This document shows, piece after piece, positions 1 through 12,459 of a stretch of 64,000 nt of DNA. Source of the DNA: Octopus vulgaris (Eukaryota); the NCBI GenBank assembly GCA_951406725.2, contig OX597837.1, forward strand, positions 22,196,001 through 22,260,000, given 5' to 3'. The position numbers and the translations under genes were made by a program. Position 1 is the stretch's first letter, and every line of letters begins with the position of its first letter. The notes under the pieces are model-generated. The model did not search any database, was not told the origin of the DNA, and saw nothing but the letters and a program-made list of their open reading frames with translations.

Positions 1-500
1 GAAAACCTCTTTCACAATGATAATGTAAATCACTTCTGCTACATAATGTTTTCTTTTATTAATTTTATTTAAGCTAAGCTGTTGAGTAACAATGATTCTC
101 TTCTCTGTAACAGAAATGGGAGCAGATGGTGATTTATGCTTGGCTAGGTCGGCATAACTGTCAAGAACAATGTTTGACAATGCATCTTAAATGATCATCT
201 ATGCATACACGTCTATTGTCGATGGCAATATATGCATGAATGCATACACACATATATGTATATATATGTATAAATGTATGTATATAGGTATGTATGTATG
301 TATGTATGTAGGTAGGTAGGTAGGTAGGTAGGTAGGTAGGTTGGTAGGTAGGTTGGTAGGTCGATACGTAGGAAGATAGGTAGGTAGGTGGGTACGTATG
401 CATATGCATAAAGGTAGGAATGTATGCATATGTACTCGTTTGTACGTGTGCAAGCTTAGATGTCATTGCGTGTGTGGGTGGGCATACTTTAATTTAAGTA

Positions 501-757
501 CCGTAAATCCTCGAGTATAATCCGCATTTTTTCCCCCAAATTTAAAGGTCAAAATCTCTAGTGCGTCTTATACACGAGGTTAAAAATGAAAATTATTTTC
601 TAAGCAACGTCCAAGTCTCTATTTGCTGTCTGGCAATGTTTATTCAAATGCATTTTGTGACGTAGGGCGCGAAAATACCTTAAGCTAAGCCTGAAAGCAA
701 TGAAGACATAAAAGAATCATCCATAACTTGCAGTAAGCAACATTTATTAAACGTTAT
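501..757. mobile_element. pogo/Tc1-type MITE, truncated copy
   Basis: TA-CCGTAAATCCTCGAGTATA terminus; same family as 5210-5720 and 45558-46080. Confidence 0.8.
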
Positions 758-767
758 ATGGTAAATA

Positions 768-1294
768 TTGGGTTGTCCGGAAAGTTCGTGCTGATTTTTA
801 AAGGAAAGAAAAAGGTCAATAAATACTTGCCATTACATTTTTAATCAACCAAATATGAAACATTTTGTTGCTCAATGCGTCTCCATCTTTCCTTTCACTT
901 GAATTGAGGTGGTTTCATGGGAAAGAATTCATCAAAGTATCTTTTTACGTCATCCAAGGAATTGAAATTTTTACCTTTAAGACTATTCTGCAGAGACCTG
1001 AATAAGTGGAAATCTGAAGGAGCAGTATCCAGTGAATATGAAGGGTGGGGTAACACATCCCAGCCGAGCTGCAGCAATTTTTGTCTGGTTCCCAAAGCAC
1101 CAAGTGCTGAAAATGAACTTTCTTAACTTCCATTTTAAAGGGTTACCAAATTAACACAGATTATAGGAACATAAACCTTCTTCCACGAAAAGATAGCTTA
1201 AACTGTGCTTTAAATGGAAGTGTAGTCAAATCCTATTTTATGGACTAAACTACGTTCTAAAATAAGTCAAAAGGTAAGCTACTATAAATCAGCG
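768..1294 (-). mobile_element. Internally deleted mariner element
   Basis: N-terminal MEVKKVHF joined to C-terminal LGWDVLPHPSYSLDTAPSDFHLFRSLQN (YSPDLAPSD motif); TA-TTGGGTTGTCCGGAAAGTTCG terminus. Confidence 0.85.
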
Positions 1295-1354
1295 GGTATG
1301 TTGTGTACAAACATATACAATGTACGTACATATGCATGTTATATATGTATGTGT

Positions 1355-1980
1355 GTATAAATGTACGTATGCATTTAAGGATCGCTGGAGTGACGTTATT
1401 TCATCATCAGTGGCATCATCTGCATATTGAAGTTCAAAATTCTGCGATGTTGATGTCAGAGTTTTCACTTTAAGCCGACGGGTGTTGAAAATACTACAAT
1501 CAAAGCGGTAATGGATACTTATGCCCATTGCCACAACCTACTTGGTCTTGACATCAACATAAAAAAGCCGAGATCATGCAAACGTCTTTTAATCAAAAGC
1601 ATCCAGCAACACAGCTATATATAAACGACACACTTGTCAAACGTTGACTCTTTTAACTACTTAAGCAGTGTCATATCACAAAATGGACATGTCTACGATG
1701 ACATCCTACGACGGATCAACCTCGCCTCTTCTTCCTTTGGACGCTTTCGAGAACGAGTGTTTTTAAACAGAAATTTGAGGCGTGCCATTAAAATTGCTGT
1801 TTATCGTGCCATTGCCATCTCAACTTTACTATATGGCTGCGAATGCTGGACCTTATACCACCATCATGTGAGGAAGCTAGAGTCATTTCTCATCCATTGT
1901 CGCCAACGAATTTTACGCATTACTTGGAAAGATAAGGTCTCTCACACAGAAATTCTCAATCAAGCAGGAATTTCTAGCAA
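1355..1980 (+). mobile_element. RTE-clade LINE RT fragment with inverted 5' segment (1355-1532 on -)
   Basis: Minus strand ELQYADDA...LQRSLNAYVHLY; plus strand NLLGLDINIKK...FNYLSS...TLLYGCECW...RILRITWKDKVS. Confidence 0.85.
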
Positions 1981-2244
1981 GCAGGAATCTCCAGCAAGCA
2001 GGAATCTCCAGCAAGCAGAAATCTTCAGCGTTAGGGCCTGGAATCCTCCAAACGGACTCATAGCATGTTGCTTAGTCGAATTAGCCCATCATTTACTCCA
2101 TTGTTTTGTCGTTAATGCTGCACTTTCCCGTATCACATGTTTCACCATAACTGCAATATATATATACAATCTATGCCGTTCTGATTACGAGTTATGCTGG
2201 GTATCTCTGCTATTGTATATATATATATATATATATACATATTG

Positions 2245-2588
2245 AGACCCCACTTCGTGGGATTGTACCTAGAAAGTTACCCTCCCAGGCACAAGTCCGG
2301 ACAAGGTTGTTTATGGAAGACCAGCAGTCGCCCATGCATACCGAGCTCCCTTCTCCATGCCACCAGTGTTATTCGAGGGAAAGGCAAAGGGGCCGATACA
2401 GCTTGGCACCTGTGACGTCGCAACTCATTTCTACAGCTGAGTGAACTGGAACAAACGTGAAATAAAGTGTCTTGCTCGAGAACACAACATGCAGCCTAGT
2501 CGGGGATTCGAACTCATAACCTCACGATCGTAAGCTCGACGGTCTAACCACTGAGCCATGCGCCTTCACATACATATACATATATGTA

Positions 2589-2621
<33 letters not shown>

Positions 2622-2644
2622 ATATATATGTATGTATGTATGTA

Positions 2645-2678
<34 letters not shown>

Positions 2679-2893
2679 CTGTAATTGTTCCATTGTTGTT
2701 GTTTTTTTGTTTCCCGTTTGGATTAAAATTATATATATATATATATATGTGAAGGCGCATGGCTCAGTGGTTAGAGCGTCGAGCTTACGATCGTGAGGTT
2801 GTGAGCTCGAATCCCGGACCGGGCTGCGTGTTGTGTTCTTGAGCAAGGCACTTTATTTCACGTTGCTCCAGTTCACTCAGCTGTAGAAATGAG

Positions 2894-2895
<2 letters not shown>
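2245..2895. mobile_element. Inverted pair of tRNA-derived SINEs (family C): 2245-2566 on -, 2753-2895 on +
   Basis: Head GGCGCATGGCTCAGTGGTTAGAGCG with A/B-box-like motifs; more copies at ~22900, 37000, 44874, 47819 and 59790. Confidence 0.8.
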
Positions 2896-2929
<34 letters not shown>

Positions 2930-3172
2930 GGCCTCTGAGAGAAGTACTGCAAAATGAAACAAGAAAACTTTCGAGCTACAGGGATGGAACGGTGTTCTCA
3001 ATACGAAAAGTTTTTTCTCTTTTTTTTTTTTGTTGGAGGATAGGGAAGTGTACCGTCCTATTCTCACGGGTCCCTCCATGATTCCTCTGGAATTTTATCA
3101 ATGTACTGGTTGGGCCCACACCTCTTATTGACGTTTTGCATGTATGCATTTATATGCATGTACAGTGGCGTA

Positions 3173-3595
3173 CAGATTTTACGTTTTTGCCAACTGCAGC
3201 AACTACAAGAAGATCCAGACCTTCATCAACTAATGTCTCCGACAGGTCCTCCATCTGAAGTGGTTCGACAGCGTGCCAAACACCAGCCTGTGGGAAAGGG
3301 CCAACCAGGAGCCCATACATGTTCAGATTAGACGAAGGAAATGGAGATGGCTCGGACACGGACTACGGAAAGAACCCTCAAATGTGACACGACAAGCACT
3401 TGACTGGAACCCGCAGGGGAAAAGGAAGCGAGGACGCCCGAAGCAGACATGGAAGCGGAGCATTTTGGACGAGTTCAGGACCACCGGCCTGACATGGGAA
3501 GCAGCCAAGAAACACGCCAATGACCACAAAAAGTGGAAAACAACTGTTGAGGCCCTATGCTCCGCAAGGGGGAAGAAATGATTAAGAAGAAGAAG
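3173..3595 (+). mobile_element. 5'-truncated RTE LINE 3' end with (AAG)n tail
   Basis: IRRRKWRWLGH...ALDWNPQGKRKRGRPKQTW...VEALC; candidate 11-bp TSD ACAGTGGCGTA at 3162-3172 and 3596-3606. Confidence 0.88.
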
Positions 3596-3726
3596 ACAGT
3601 GGCGTAGCTTGAGTGCATGCAGCCCGGGACAACCCTTGAATTTGCGACTCAACTGCTCTAAGGTGCCCACCTCCATAACAGCGTGGGTAGACTTGCTATC
3701 ATATGATGGATGTGCATATCTCTATG

Positions 3727-4040
3727 CACTTATTCTATCGGTCTCTTTTGCCGAACCGCTAAGTGACGGAGACATAAACACACCAGCATCGGTTGTCAAG
3801 CAATGCTAGGGGGACAAACACAGACACACAAACACACGCACGCATATATATAAACTGAAAGAAGCCTGTCATATATATATATATATGACAGGCTTCTTTC
3901 AGTTTCCGTCTACCAAATCCACTCACAAGGCATTGGTCGGCCCGAGGCTATAGTAGAAGCCACTTGCCCAAGGTGCCACGCAGTAGGACTGAACCCGGAA
4001 CCATGTGGTTTGTAAGCAAGCTACTTACCACACAGCCACT

Positions 4041-4042
<2 letters not shown>
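3727..4042 (-). mobile_element. tRNA-derived SINE family A
   Basis: Reverse complement of GGAGTGGCTGTGTGGTAAGTAGCTTGCTTAC...GGATTTGGTAGACGGAAACTGAAAGAAG; more than 15 copies in the window. Confidence 0.85.
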
Positions 4043-4129
<87 letters not shown>

Positions 4130-5209
4130 GATTGTGTATGTTCATTCCAGGAAATTCAAACGAAGAATCTTTGGAATGTTTCACCAATCTTCACTGAACA
4201 AACCAATCGATTGGTTTCAATGGATTCAAGTCAGCTTACTTTGTTCTTTCTTGGAGAATTTTCAGTATTTTAAGGCATCTTTGAAAGCCTGTCGTTACAT
4301 AGTTCGTTGTACCTGTAGTTGTACATATGTATGAATATATGTTTTTCTGAAATAACAGTCATTAAGTGAGGTAAACAAGAAGTAATATTAATCAGGAAAA
4401 TAATAATATATGAATATTTGCGGGTGATGCTTACCTGGATATGTAACTTAAACATGTGAATACAAACGAAATCAAAGAAGGAAGGAGATAGAGAGAAAGA
4501 AAGAGAGAGAGGGACAGAGAGAGAGAGAGTAAGAGAGATAGTGAGAGTGAAGAGAGAGAGAAAGAGACAGAGACAGACAGACGGACTGAAGCAGAGTGAA
4601 ACAAAAAGAAAAAGACAGAAATATGGAAGAGAAAGAGAAAAGTGGAGGAGGAGAAGAGAGGGTCAGATAAAGTTAGAGAGGGATGGAGGAAGAGGGAGAG
4701 AATCAGAAGGAAAGAGAGAAAGGGAAAGAAAAAGGAAGAGAGGGAAAAAATTTAATGGCGTTACTGGAGTAACGGATTGAACCAACGGAAAACAAAAAAA
4801 TGTTCGCGTTCAAATGACTGTTTGAGTCTACTTCATCAAAAAGTTCAGCAATTATCTCGCTCGAAATTGTGAACACGAAATTATGAACGTCAGTAAGAGA
4901 GATAACGAACTGGAAGATATGAAGTAAAAGTTGATAGACAAGATGGTCATTCAAGTGAAACTTTAAAAAATTGCATGGCGATTTGCAGAAAGTGGAAGGT
5001 ACAGATTCTGATGCAAAATATTGCTTTGCACAACATTAAAATCACCGGTGAAATTGCCAGTACTAATGGAGAAGCTGTTACTAATTATACTAAAGAGCTT
5101 AAGAAAATTATTGCCGAAGAAGGTATATTCCAAAACATATTTACACAGTTCATGAAACAGCTTTCTGGAAACGTATACCTACAAGGATTTATATATATAT
5201 ATATATATA

Positions 5210-5720
5210 CCTTAAATCCTCGAGTATAATCCGCATTTTCCCCAAAAAATTTAAAGGTCAAAATCCCTAGTGCGTACTGTATACGAGGTTAAAAATGAAA
5301 AATATTTCCTAAGCAATGTCCGAGTCTCTATTTGCTGTCCGGCAATGTTTATTCAGACGCATTTTGTGATGTCGGACGCGAAAATACCTTAAGCTAAGCC
5401 TGAAAGCAATGAAGTCATAAAAGAATCATCCATAACTTGCAGTAAGCAACATTTATTAAACGTTATTACTGTTATTTCTTTATTTTCTGCAAACAAAATG
5501 CACAAAAAAGCTACACGTTTGCATTATGTTATATATTCAATAATAATAAAGGACGTTACCGTATACATTTTTACAAACCAAGGACGTTATAATAACCTCC
5601 TTGACTCAAGTTAGAGAAGGGATGCGTATTATACACAAGGTTTAGGTTTTTCAGAGGTACAGCCCCCTAAAAATCCCCTGCGTATTATACTCAAGGGCGG
5701 ACTATACTCGAGGATTTACG
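5210..5720. mobile_element. pogo/Tc1-type MITE, full length (~510 bp)
   Basis: TIRs TAAATCCTCGAGTATA / TATACTCGAGGATTTA, flanked by TA. Confidence 0.88.
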
Positions 5721-6039
5721 TATATATATTTTGTTGGTGAAAATCAACAACGGTTTTAAAGTACACTTTAAAACCGTTGTTTTAAATATAGTTTGTGATG
5801 CTTCTTGTGGAGGAAATGCTAATTAATAAGAACCCTACCCATGTATTATTCCGAAAAGCCAGGAGCTTTTGAAGCTTCAAATTTACTGTTCAGAGAAGAA
5901 GACTTGGACAAACGTTTTTCTAAGACTGGTTGACAGATTGTCAGGTATAATATTTCCAGCAAAGCATTGTACCTTTTAGACAGTACACAAGGTCACCTAA
6001 TGAACTGAAATCATCTTTTTTTGCCTCAGCCAATGTACC

Positions 6040-6420
6040 AAACCACCGACAAGCGCCAAACGTTTGTAAATAGATATCTTCAGAATATCAGAAGAGTGAA
6101 AATCATGAACAAAACCCTGTGGAAATAAACAAACCAACAACCTGTTGAAACCCAGATGAGAGGAGGAAAAAAGAATTGGCTGAAACATATCCTATGGTAA
6201 CCTGTCTTCAATATTAGAAGACAAGCCCTCTGATGGACACCTCAAGGGAAATGGAAGTAGGGCAGATCAAAAACAACACAGAGAAGGTCTACAGAAACTG
6301 AAGGACAGGCGGGCGGCTGCACCTGGGGACAACTGAAATCTATTGCCCCAGATCGGGACAGATGGAGATCTCTTGTTGGCATCCTATGCTCCACATGGGA
6401 TCAAAAGAATTAAGAAGACT
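6040..6420 (+). mobile_element. Decayed RTE LINE 3' fragment
   Basis: Same C-terminal layout as 3173-3595 (W..A.DR..WR.LV..LCSTW) and AAG tail. Confidence 0.7.
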
Positions 6421-6989
6421 GGACTAAGATGTAGTGGTTAACTTCAAGTCTTATTACCCGAGAACTTTAAAATAACTCATAAAAACAAAGGCTAATTCCA
6501 CATACAATAAGGGACTTACGAGAAAAGTTCAACCTTACGGATGCAGTGAATAACACAACCAAGTCGTAAAATGAAAACTTTAACTATGAATAGTGTTTGG
6601 CAAAACACGGCCAGACTGTAGCCATGATTTTACACGTTTTCCACCAGTAGAAAATCTGCATCAAGTTCAACAAGATATTGTGACAATAGCAAATGATGTA
6701 GGGTTTGAAGAAGTTGCAAAAGATAGCGCGGTTGAATTGTTCAAGTACTATATTCATAAAATTTAATCAAGAGCTGGTGACGTTTGAATAAAAACGAGCT
6801 GCAGAACAAGAAGAGGGTGTAGAAGCTCCACACACTCCACTTCAGTTGACTGAAAGAATATGGCTAAAGCATTGACACATACTGAGGAAGTCTTGGCTGA
6901 TAACGATTCTAATTGTGAACAAAAAACAATTACAAGTGGAGTTCAAAAAGCTCAGTACCTACACAGATCCGTACAAAGACATGCTATCT

Positions 6990-7300
6990 ATTTATCCGCT
7001 CAGTCGAAGTCGACTCTCGGTTACTCGTTGGATCAATGTCCTCCATTCAGTTCTATCCTGGGCCGCTTCTTTCAGACTGGCTATGTCCATTCCGATATCA
7101 ATCTTGATGGTGTCAAGCCAGCGGGTTCTTGGTTGGCCTCTTCCTCTCTTGCCACTGACCATTCCGAGCATGATGTCCTTCTCCGCATAATATGACTGAA
7201 ATATGCCAATCTATGCTTGGTGATCCTAGCTTCTAGCGACATTTTCGGCCTGGTCTGCCTCTTCCCTTTCTGAAACCAGCTTGCACCTCTGGCAATTCTC
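6990..7300 (-). mobile_element. RTE LINE 3' fragment
   Basis: Minus strand reads GMVSGKRKRPTKNP...AQDRTEWRTLIQRVT, typical of the RTE C-terminus. Confidence 0.65.
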
Positions 7301-7540
7301 TCTCAAAGACATGCTAATGCCGTATATATCAAACAACTATGTTCTTCACTCCTACATCAGGAGCTGATGTTGATTATCTACAAAGCAGAAGATAGTGCCG
7401 CTCTTCCTCTTAGTGAGTCCCATTTGATCCAGTGGTTATCATATAGCGACATTTGTGCTGAGAACGTATCACATTATGATATTATTGTATTCTTATTTAT
7501 TCTTTAATGCAGCTCATATCTTTTATCGTTATCTTTTACT

Positions 7541-8717
7541 TGTATAAAAATAGAATCACGCTTGGTCGTACCGTATAAGAGACAGTCGCACGCGATCCCA
7601 TTCTTAATAATTTATTTACTGACTATATAATACATGCAGCGGCAATACACATAAGTTTGAAATGACAACAAGATTTCTTTTTAAGATATATACATTATTT
7701 ATTTTACATATTTTACAATCATGTGGATTCTAAGAGTTCGTAAGCGTTAGCATGTTTTTGTGTCTGTGTGTTCGTTAGGCGTAAAAAGGTACTGACCAGT
7801 GAAATGACGATGGGATTTGATTCACAGTTCATGTTGTTGGTATCGGCCTGGCAACAGGTAATAACAGATGACTTAAGGTAGTTCTTAGAAGAAACTAGAA
7901 CCCAAGAACAGATAATTGATTTACCGTTTCAAGATATTGCGTATCGCAGTTGAGATTAATTGAATCACTCGTTGTGTTTATCTTTCTCTTGATATGAACA
8001 TACTTCCAGATATGTTACTGTAGCCGTTTTTTCCGTGGCGAGTATTTCACCTAACCGCTATAGCTGAATCTGTAGTCGTCTTGTGTACAAATCAAATCTT
8101 CGATGTTTGGCGCTTGGTTTTCGCTGCGTCTTCATCATATGTTCTGCTTGGTTATTTTTCTCTAGTTATAGATATCTTGTAACCGTTTTCTTCATGGTGA
8201 TATTTCACACTAACAGTATAAGAGGTATCTGTAACATCTTGTATTAATGGTGGTCGCCTGCCTCGAACTGGAACTTGGTCGAGTATGCTCTGTGTGGTCA
8301 GAGACTTAGCTCTTAAAAGAACTAAAAGCCTAAGACGAGCTCTGTGGTCAGAGGTTCGCCCTGAGAAGGACTGGAAACCTAAGACGAATATTTTTCTGAG
8401 AAACCTTGTTTTATAAGCTTCACCAGGCTCCCAGTGAACTTCAGAAATGGAAAGCTGTGATTGGCTGCTTGGAACTATGGCGCGAAAATAAGCGGAGAAA
8501 ATTTGCGTCACGTGTCAATCAGTGGCGGACTTCGGAGGGACCCTCGTGTCACATGTCACCCAGTGGCGCGAAACACGTAGAGACCAACGTGTCAACCAAT
8601 CGAATTAGTGTTTACAACAATGTTAAACTAGCCGAAGCTGTTTGTAATCTCGACCGAGGTTATTCTTAATACTCTTCTCAAACAGTGAAGATAGCAATGA
8701 GAGACGATATTGCTACA
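7541..8717 (-). mobile_element. Candidate solo LTR (TGTA...TACA, 1177 bp) inserted in a SINE tail
   Basis: TGTA/TACA termini; CTTG/ACTTG duplicated at the ends; interrupts SINE-A tail CTTTTACTTG|CTTCAGT; AATAAA on - near the left end. Confidence 0.55.
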
Positions 8718-9294
8718 CTTGCTTCAGTTATTTGACTGCGGCCATGCTGGGGTACCGCCTTGAAGGGTTTTAGTCGTATAAATCAACTCCAGGACTTATT
8801 TTTTAAGCCTAGTACTTATTCTATCGGCCTCTTTTGCTGAACCGCTCAGTTACGAAGATGTAAACACACCAACACCAGCTGCCAAGCAGTGCGTGGGGGA
8901 CACAGACACAAAGATACGCACGCACGCACCACACACACATGATGGGCTTCTTTCAGTTTCCGTCTACCAAATCCACTCATACGGCTTTGGTCGGTCCGAG
9001 TTTATAGAAGAAAACACTTGCCGAAGGTATTACGCAGTGGGACTGAACCCGGAACCATGTGGTTGGGAAGCAGGCTGCATGATTTTTTTTTTTGTTAATT
9101 CCATGGAACGAACTTTAATTTATAACTTTGAAGCAACTAAAAACAATTTTTATACTAAGCAGTCATACGTTATGGCAGGATTTTTCAGGAACACAAAGAT
9201 TCTGTAATATAGGTGATGCTCTACCAGTCTTGAGAAGATAGGTTCCACAAAGCCAGAAAGAACATACCTATTTAGAATATAGCTACAAGCTATA

Positions 9295-10067
9295 GGCGCA
9301 GGAGTGGCTGTGTGGTAAGTAGCTTGCTTACCAACCACATGGTTCCGGGTTCAGTCCCACTGCGTGGCATCTTGGGCAAGTGTCTTCTACTATAGCCTCG
9401 GGCTGACCAAAGCTTTGTGAGTGGATTTGGTAGACGAAAACTGAAAGAAGCCCGTCGTATATATGTATATGTATATATATGTGTTTATGTGTCTGTGTTT
9501 GTCCCCCCCCACCCAACATCGCTTACGTCCCCGTAACTTAGCGGTTCGGCAAAAGTGACCGATAGAATAAGTACTACGCTTACAAAGAATAAGTCCTGGG
9601 TCGATTTGCTCGACTAAAGGCGGTGCTCCAGCATGGCCGCAGTCAAATGACTGAAACAAGTAAAAGAGTAAAAGAGTATATAGGCGTAGGAGTGGCTGTG
9701 TGGTAAGTAGCTTGCTTACCGACCACATGGTTCCGGGTTCAGTCCCACTATAGTCTTCTACTATAACCTCGGGCCGACCAAAGCTTTGTGAGTGGATTTG
9801 GTAGACGGAAACTGAAAGAAGCCCGTCGTATATATGTATACATATATATGTGTATGTATGTGTGTATATATGTTTGTGTGTCTGTCGAATGACAACCGAT
9901 GCTGGTGTGTTTACGTCCCTGTAACTTAGCAGTTCGGCAAAAGAGACCGATAGAATAAGTACTAGGCTTACAAAGAATAAGTCCTGGGGTCGATTTGCTC
10001 GACGAAAGGCGATGCTCCAGCATGGCCACAGTCAAATGACTGAAACAAGTAGAAGAGTAAAAGAGTA
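9295..10067 (+). mobile_element. Two tandem family A SINEs
   Basis: Two complete GGCGYAGGAGTGGCTG...AAAAGAGTA copies, head to tail. Confidence 0.88.
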
Positions 10068-10272
10068 TAAAAACAGCGGAACTTTGTGAAAAGAAGACAG
10101 CAGAACGAAGTTTCGTCGACAAAAAATAAACAGTTTGTGTCTAATCATGAAAAATTCGAATCGATGATTTTGAAAAGAAGTCATATAATGGGGCAGATTC
10201 AATAGTTTTGAATGGTAGATGTGCTTATTAGCGTACATGTGTATGTGTGTATCTATCTGAATATGAATAGAA

Positions 10273-10686
10273 GGCGGCGATCTGGCAGAAGCGTTAGCAA
10301 GCCGGGCGAAATGCGTAGCCGTATTTCGTCTGCCGTTACGTTCTGAGTTCAAATTCCGCCGAGGTTGACTTTGCCTTTCATCCTTTCGGGGTCGGTAAAT
10401 TAAGGACCAGTTACGCACTGGGGTCGATGTAATCAACTTAATCCGTTTGTCTGTCCTTGTTTGTCCCCTCGGTGTTTAGCCCCTTGTGGGTAGTAAAGAA
10501 ATAGGTATTTCGTCTGCCCTACGTTCTGAGTTCAAATTCCGCCGAGGTCGACTTTGCCTTTCATCCTTTCGGGCTCGATAAATTAAGTACCAGTTACGCA
10601 CTGAGGTCGATGTAATCGACTTAATCTGTCTGTCTGTCCTTGTTTGTCCCCTCTGTGTTTAGCCCCTTGTGGGTAGTAAAGAAATA
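10273..10686 (+). mobile_element. SINE family B dimer with 14-bp TSD
   Basis: Head GGCGGCGA.CTGGCAGAA plus two bodies; TATCTGAATATGAA at 10254-10267 and 10687-10700. Confidence 0.88.
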
Positions 10687-11063
10687 TATCTGAATATGAA
10701 CGAATGTGCGTGTTTGTGTGTGTGTCTGTCTTGATGTGCCTGTAATTATATAGGTGTTTGTGTGTGTGTGTGTGTGTGTTTGCTTAGAGTACGTGTGTTA
10801 GTATTCATGTCGCGTGTGTAGCGGGTGTACAATAGGTTTTTACCGCATTCTTGACTTAGAGAAAAAAAAATATTATTTACAAATGTTCACTACCTTAAAA
10901 CAACATGTGTGCGTGTGTGTGTGTATGTGTGTGTGTGTGTGTGTGTGTACACAGACACACAGGTACACGTATACACATGCGTACACTCCACAGGCTAATG
11001 ACATTTTTGTTTCTAGCATCGCAACAGAGTTCGCTTGTGTGTACGTGCACATACACACTCACT

Positions 11064-11096
<33 letters not shown>

Positions 11097-11384
11097 ACAG
11101 ACACACACACACACACATACACACACTTTTATGTGTGTGTGTGTGTTTATGACGTACATGTATCTGTGGGTGTGTGTGCTTATGTGCGTGTGTATGTTTT
11201 CTGAGAATATAACAGTCAATGACCTCGAATTTATGACGACATCGGATAAAAAAGACAGCAGCCATAACGAGAGAAAAAAAAAACAAAAACAAAGAAAAAC
11301 CAAACCAAATAAACAATGCCCCAAAGCGCCAAGACTTCCGCCCCCCCCCCGCCTCTCCTAAAAACCACTCTTTTTAAAATTTTT

Positions 11385-11648
11385 GGCAATCTTTCGTCTC
11401 TAGTAGACCTTTCCGTCGATTTCCGTAAAAAATTTTTTTTTTTTTACATATGGGCTTTCGGGAACTTTTGAAGTAATGAGAGCGAAAGAGACTAAGAGAA
11501 AGCGATTGTATGACGAGGGAAGTTCTTTTGAAGTTACCGTGCATGGGAGCATTGATGTACATGTGTGTGTGTGTGTTTGATGGGGTGTGGGAGACAGACA
11601 GTATGTTGTGTAATCGACGGAAAGGTCTACTAGAGACGAAAGATCGCC
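11385..11648. mobile_element. MITE with ~37-bp GGC-start TIRs (Merlin- or MULE-like)
   Basis: GGCAATCTTTCGTCTCTAGTAGACCTTTCCGTCGATT at both ends in inverted orientation; AATTTTT on both flanks. Confidence 0.8.
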
Positions 11649-11971
11649 AATTTTTTTTTTTTTTTCGACTCAAACCCCGCTTTTCCGCTACGGGGAATAC
11701 GAATCTGCAAAAAAATTGGCAAAAATCGGCATTTCTAAATTACCACCCGCTTACCCCGTTTCCTTCATTTTTCACTTTTTTCAGAATTTTTTTTTTTTCA
11801 AAATACAAAATATGCGGGAAAATACGGAGATCATGATTCTGAAAAAAGTTTCCAAAAATGTATGTAAAATTTTTTTTTAAGATTTTCTTTTTTTTTTTTC
11901 TAAATATGCGGAAAAATACGGACATTACGATTCGGACAAAAATTTCAAAACATTTCTGTACTTACGGTTAC

Positions 11972-12076
11972 GGTTTTAGGGTTAGGGTTTTAGGGTTTTA
12001 GGGTTTTAGGGTTAGGGTTAGGGTTTTAGGGTTAAAGTTTTAGGGTTAGGGTTATGGTTAGGGCTTTAGGGTTAGT
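11972..12076 (+). repeat. Interstitial telomere-like repeat (TTAGGG / TTTTAGGG)
   Basis: About 14 degenerate TTAGGG units. Confidence 0.9.
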
Positions 12077-12459
12077 GTTGGGAAAAAGTCAAAATTGAAG
12101 AAGTTGGGGGGAAAGGGGGGCGGGTTTCACAATTCCGATTTTTGGCAATTTTCCGAAACCTCCGTATCCGAAAACGGGGATTTTGGGCAAAAAAAAATTT
12201 AATAGACAAATTTAGGAGAAAATGGGGGTTGGGGGACGGGTGGAAGTATTTCCCACAATGCTAACACAAGTTAACGAAGATGCGTTTAGCGGTCGACCAA
12301 ACAGCTAGAAATAGCAGCCAAATCACTCTCAAATCATAGACAACTGTCTTAGAAAAATAGAACACGTATTAGATAGTTCTTTCTGTTATAGGCACAAGGC
12401 CTGATATTTTTGGGGAGGGGACTAGTCGATTGTATCGACCCCATTACTTCACAGGTAAA

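Larger units (their letters stand above)
4790..6960 (+). pseudogene. Decayed Tigger/TIGD1-like transposase, split by a MITE and an RTE fragment
   Basis: LHNIKITGEIAS...LKKIIAEEG, HETAFWKRIPTR, LLDSTQGH, QPM, VVVNFKSYY remnants in the expected order; boundaries approximate. Confidence 0.7.
11334..12248. mobile_element. Degenerate long-inverted-repeat element with internal (TTAGGG)n
   Basis: Arm segments ACTTCC..CCCC..TCTCCTAAA and CCCCG.TTTTC..TACGG..AAAATTG.CAAAAATCGG recur reverse-complemented at 12130-12248. Confidence 0.55.

Noticed and set aside
114-194. Possible terminal exon of an upstream gene after CTCTGTAACAG
   Set aside because: An acceptor-like site exists, but no frame gives a recognisable peptide.
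2753-2830. tRNA-like sequence
   Set aside because: SINE head that continues into the SINE body; multi-copy and degenerate.
11972-12076. True telomere or fusion site
   Set aside because: Short, degenerate, single orientation, and internal to a repeat.
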